Shown piece after piece: positions 55,532-58,009 of a stretch of DNA of 58,009 nt. The DNA comes from a virus. The translations under genes and the position numbers were made by a program. The notes under the pieces were generated by a model that was not told the DNA's origin, made no database searches, and was given only the letters and a program-made list of their open reading frames with translations. The DNA lies in the IMG/VR virus record IMGVR_UViG_3300045988_137753, positions 1 to 58,009 of that record; one strand, written 5' to 3'. The stretch's first letter is position 1. Each line of letters starts with the position of its first letter.

Positions 55532-56347
55532 ATGGCGAAGTATAGAGCAATACAAACAGATTTCTGGGAAGATGGATTTGTATTAGACTTAACTCCGGAA
55601 GAAAAATATTTTTATCTTTATATATTAAGCAACCCTAGAACTACTCAATGTGGATGTCATGAGTTGCCTTATAAAGTTATAGAAATGCAAACTGGATATA
55701 ACAGAGAAACAGTTGAAAAGCTATTACAAAGATTTGTTGACTATGGGAAAATTGAATATTCACCTGATACAAAAGAAATTCTCATAAAGAATTGGCATAA
55801 ATTTAATTTTACTAAATCTCCAAAGGTTATGAACTGCATACTAAAAGAAATTTCAGAAATTAAAAATCCAGACTTTAAAAAATATATGATAGATGTTTGC
55901 ATAGGGTATGGATACCCTATGGATAGTCTATATATAGACTTGGGGGAAAAAGAAAAACAAAAAGAAAAACAAAAAGAAAAACAAAAAGAAAAACAACAAC
56001 AACAAGCAAAAAATACCGTATCACCTGTTGTTGTTGATAAAATAAAGTCTTATTTCGATTTAAAAAATGAAGATATACAAACTATATATGAAGCTCTTAT
56101 AAGTGCAGATAAAGATATTTCATATTTAGATGAAAAACTTCAAATTACTAAAAGTTCAAATGTAAAAAATGTTACTGGTTTTATTATTAAAGCAATTAAG
56201 GATAATTATACATTAAACAATAAAACTAACAATATTCAATTTAAACCGACTAAATTTCATTATAATGCCGGGAATGAAAACTTTAGGCAATATGATCCTG
56301 ATGAACTAGAAACACTTCTAAAAGAAAGTCAAAAGGGGAAATTTTAA
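55532..56347 (+). CDS. phage replisome organiser / DnaD-like replication protein with a KEKQ repeat linker
   Basis: AIQTDFWEDGFVLDLTPEEKYFYLYILSNPRTTQCG N-terminus; 12-nt in-frame tandem repeat near 55945-55990. Confidence 0.65.
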   Translation: MAKYRAIQTDFWEDGFVLDLTPEEKYFYLYILSNPRTTQCGCHELPYKVIEMQTGYNRETVEKLLQRFVDYGKIEYSPDTKEILIKNWHKFNFTKSPKVMNCILKEISEIKNPDFKKYMIDVCIGYGYPMDSLYIDLGEKEKQKEKQKEKQKEKQQQQAKNTVSPVVVDKIKSYFDLKNEDIQTIYEALISADKDISYLDEKLQITKSSNVKNVTGFIIKAIKDNYTLNNKTNNIQFKPTKFHYNAGNENFRQYDPDELETLLKESQKGKF

Positions 56348-56381
56348 TCCAGGGGATTTCCCCTGGCAAGGGGGAGTAATT

Positions 56382-56879
56382 ATGAAATATAAATATATAC
56401 CAGTAAAGAAATACCATTCTAAATATACAGATCCAAACGATAATACATCACTTAACTATCTTGCTTTGGCAGCAGCAATACTAGACCCAAATCCAAAGAA
56501 AGACTCAAGAAATTATATGCTACCAGAGCTATTTAATCCAGAGGAAGCAGAAGAAAGAATAAGAGAAATTGACAATATAAGAGCAACTGGAGGAATAACA
56601 GAAGCAGAAATGATTGTCATTAACGAAGAAAATGCTAATTATGATATAAAAGTCAGAAAAGAATTAGAGGCAATTAAAAAAAGAAGAGTTTTCAAGAGAA
56701 GACAAATTAGAGTGATTAACAAGTATGCAGGAGAAGAAAGAATATTTTCTTCTATGAAGGAAGCTTGTGAAGAATACGATTTAAATTACAACAGTGTACA
56801 AAATACATATAAATATTATCAAAAGAGATACGGAGCAAACAAAATTAAATATCATGGATTAATCATAGAGAAGATGTAG
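56382..56879 (+). CDS. hypothetical protein
   Basis: 165-aa ORF after GGGGGAG. Confidence 0.5.
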   Translation: MKYKYIPVKKYHSKYTDPNDNTSLNYLALAAAILDPNPKKDSRNYMLPELFNPEEAEERIREIDNIRATGGITEAEMIVINEENANYDIKVRKELEAIKKRRVFKRRQIRVINKYAGEERIFSSMKEACEEYDLNYNSVQNTYKYYQKRYGANKIKYHGLIIEKM

Positions 56880-56892
56880 AGGGGGAACAAAT

Positions 56893-57867
56893 ATGATTAT
56901 CGATAAAAATATTGTTAAATTGTTTGGAAAGGCTCAAAATGGCGATAGAGAGACCATAACAAGCATTGTTGAGGATAATATGGGGCTTGTATATAAGCAA
57001 GCAAAGAAATTCAAAGGCAAAATGATATCATATGATGATGCAATTCAAGTTGGAAGTCTAGGATTATTATATTCCATACAAAATTATGACCCAGAACTAG
57101 GAATAAAATTTTCAACTTATGCAACAAGCAATATAATAGGTAAAATAATGCATACTATAAGAGACCATAGGGAAGATGTACCATTTAGAATACCTAGAAA
57201 AAATTTTAATGAATATAGACAAATCAAGCAAATTAGAAAAGAATTCGAGAAAATACAAAGAGAACCCACACTAAAAGAAATGTCAGAAATTATGGGAATA
57301 ACAATACAAGAAATTACAAAGACATTGCATCTTATGGAAGGCAAAATTCCTATGGATAGCACAATGAGAGCGTCTAAACATAAAACAAAGGCTGTAAAAT
57401 TTTCAGAAACATTAGAAAGTAATAGCATATCAGAAGACCAAATAATTTTCAAAATAGATATCCCTAATGCTATTAATAAGCTACCAGAAAGGGAAAAATT
57501 AGTAATAATAAAAAGATTCTACGAAGAAAAAAGTCAGTCAGAGATTGGAAAAGAATTACAAACAAGTCAAGCACAAATTCACAGAATAGAAAAAATAGCA
57601 TTGAAAAATCTAAAAGATATTTTGAACGGAAAGAATATAGAAATATTGGACTTGGACAAGCCAGTAGCTAGAAAATACAAATATATAGATATGGCTACAA
57701 CAGATTTAAGTTGCCTTACGGAGCGACAAAAGAAGTGTGTTGACTTAGTATTTGGCGAAGGGCTAACACAAGCTGAGGCAGGCGAAATATTGGGTGTGAG
57801 TAAACATAATGTATATGCAGCGATAACCGAAGCAATAAAAAAACTAGATAAAAAGAAAATTAGTTAA
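56893..57867 (+). CDS. sigma-70 family sigma factor (sporulation/group-3-like) with an extra C-terminal region-4-like HTH
   Basis: Region 2 DDAIQVGSLGLLYSIQNYDP..FSTYATSNIIGKI; region 4 LPEREKLVIIKRFYEEKSQSEIGKELQTSQAQIHRIEKIAL; second copy LTERQKKCVDLVFGEGLTQAEAGEILGVSKHNVY. Confidence 0.75.
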   Translation: MIIDKNIVKLFGKAQNGDRETITSIVEDNMGLVYKQAKKFKGKMISYDDAIQVGSLGLLYSIQNYDPELGIKFSTYATSNIIGKIMHTIRDHREDVPFRIPRKNFNEYRQIKQIRKEFEKIQREPTLKEMSEIMGITIQEITKTLHLMEGKIPMDSTMRASKHKTKAVKFSETLESNSISEDQIIFKIDIPNAINKLPEREKLVIIKRFYEEKSQSEIGKELQTSQAQIHRIEKIALKNLKDILNGKNIEILDLDKPVARKYKYIDMATTDLSCLTERQKKCVDLVFGEGLTQAEAGEILGVSKHNVYAAITEAIKKLDKKKIS

Positions 57868-57881
57868 GGGGATGAAAACTA

Positions 57882-58009
57882 ATGAAAAATATTGTTGGTG
57901 CTAAAGAAAATGTGTGCCCTCATTGCCAAGGCACAATGCTATACATAAAAATCAATAAAGCTAAAGTTATTAGTCAATGTAAATGTGGATGTACTATAGA
58001 TGGAAGAGC
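57882..58009 (+). CDS. small zinc-ribbon protein, 5' part (continues at position 3 after circularisation)
   Basis: AAGGGGA RBS; MKNIVGAKENVCPHCQGTMLYIKINKAKVISQCKCGCTIDGR... Confidence 0.5.
   Translation, partial: MKNIVGAKENVCPHCQGTMLYIKINKAKVISQCKCGCTIDGR

Noticed and set aside
55945-55990. 12-nt tandem repeat (AAAGAAAAACAA x4) as a possible regulatory or iteron element
   Set aside because: It is in frame within the DnaD-like gene and encodes a (KEKQ)n linker. A coding microsatellite is the simplest explanation, although it could be length-variable.

Overview
The window is a complete, circularly closed genome of about 57.95 kb. The first 55 nt are repeated exactly at the end. It is a strongly AT-rich, Clostridia-type temperate myovirus with a PBSX/Xkd-like contractile tail. 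Going round the circle: early and nucleotide-metabolism genes (VRR-NUC, radical SAM, Spo0E-like, MazG-like, LemA) occupy 1-5.3 kb. Packaging and head genes (terS, intron-split terL, portal, Mu-F/gp7, scaffold, capsid) occupy 6.6-14 kb. Connector, sheath, tube, chaperone with -1 frameshift, tape measure, baseplate and fibres occupy 14-35.5 kb. Lysis genes (XhlA-like, holin, amidase) occupy 36-37.4 kb. An accessory island spans 37.4-49.8 kb, followed by attP, integrase and an immunity switch (49.8-52.8 kb), then replication and recombination genes (antirepressor, RecT, DnaD-like, sigma factor). Three self-splicing group-I-like introns interrupt terL, an HK97-gp10-like gene and the tail tube gene, and all three share the 3' end ATAACAAA(A)TG. 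The most unusual locus is at 38.47-40.41 kb. It holds a catalytically intact 377-aa TnpB-type nuclease directly preceded on the same strand by a CRISPR-like array. The array has five 37-nt repeats plus a truncated one, with unique 36-40 nt spacers. A 29-nt inverted anti-repeat is embedded in a structured, tracrRNA-like segment nearby. No other cas genes are present. I read this as a phage-borne, TnpB-sized, type-V-like RNA-guided system. All functional calls come from motifs read by eye; no database search was run.
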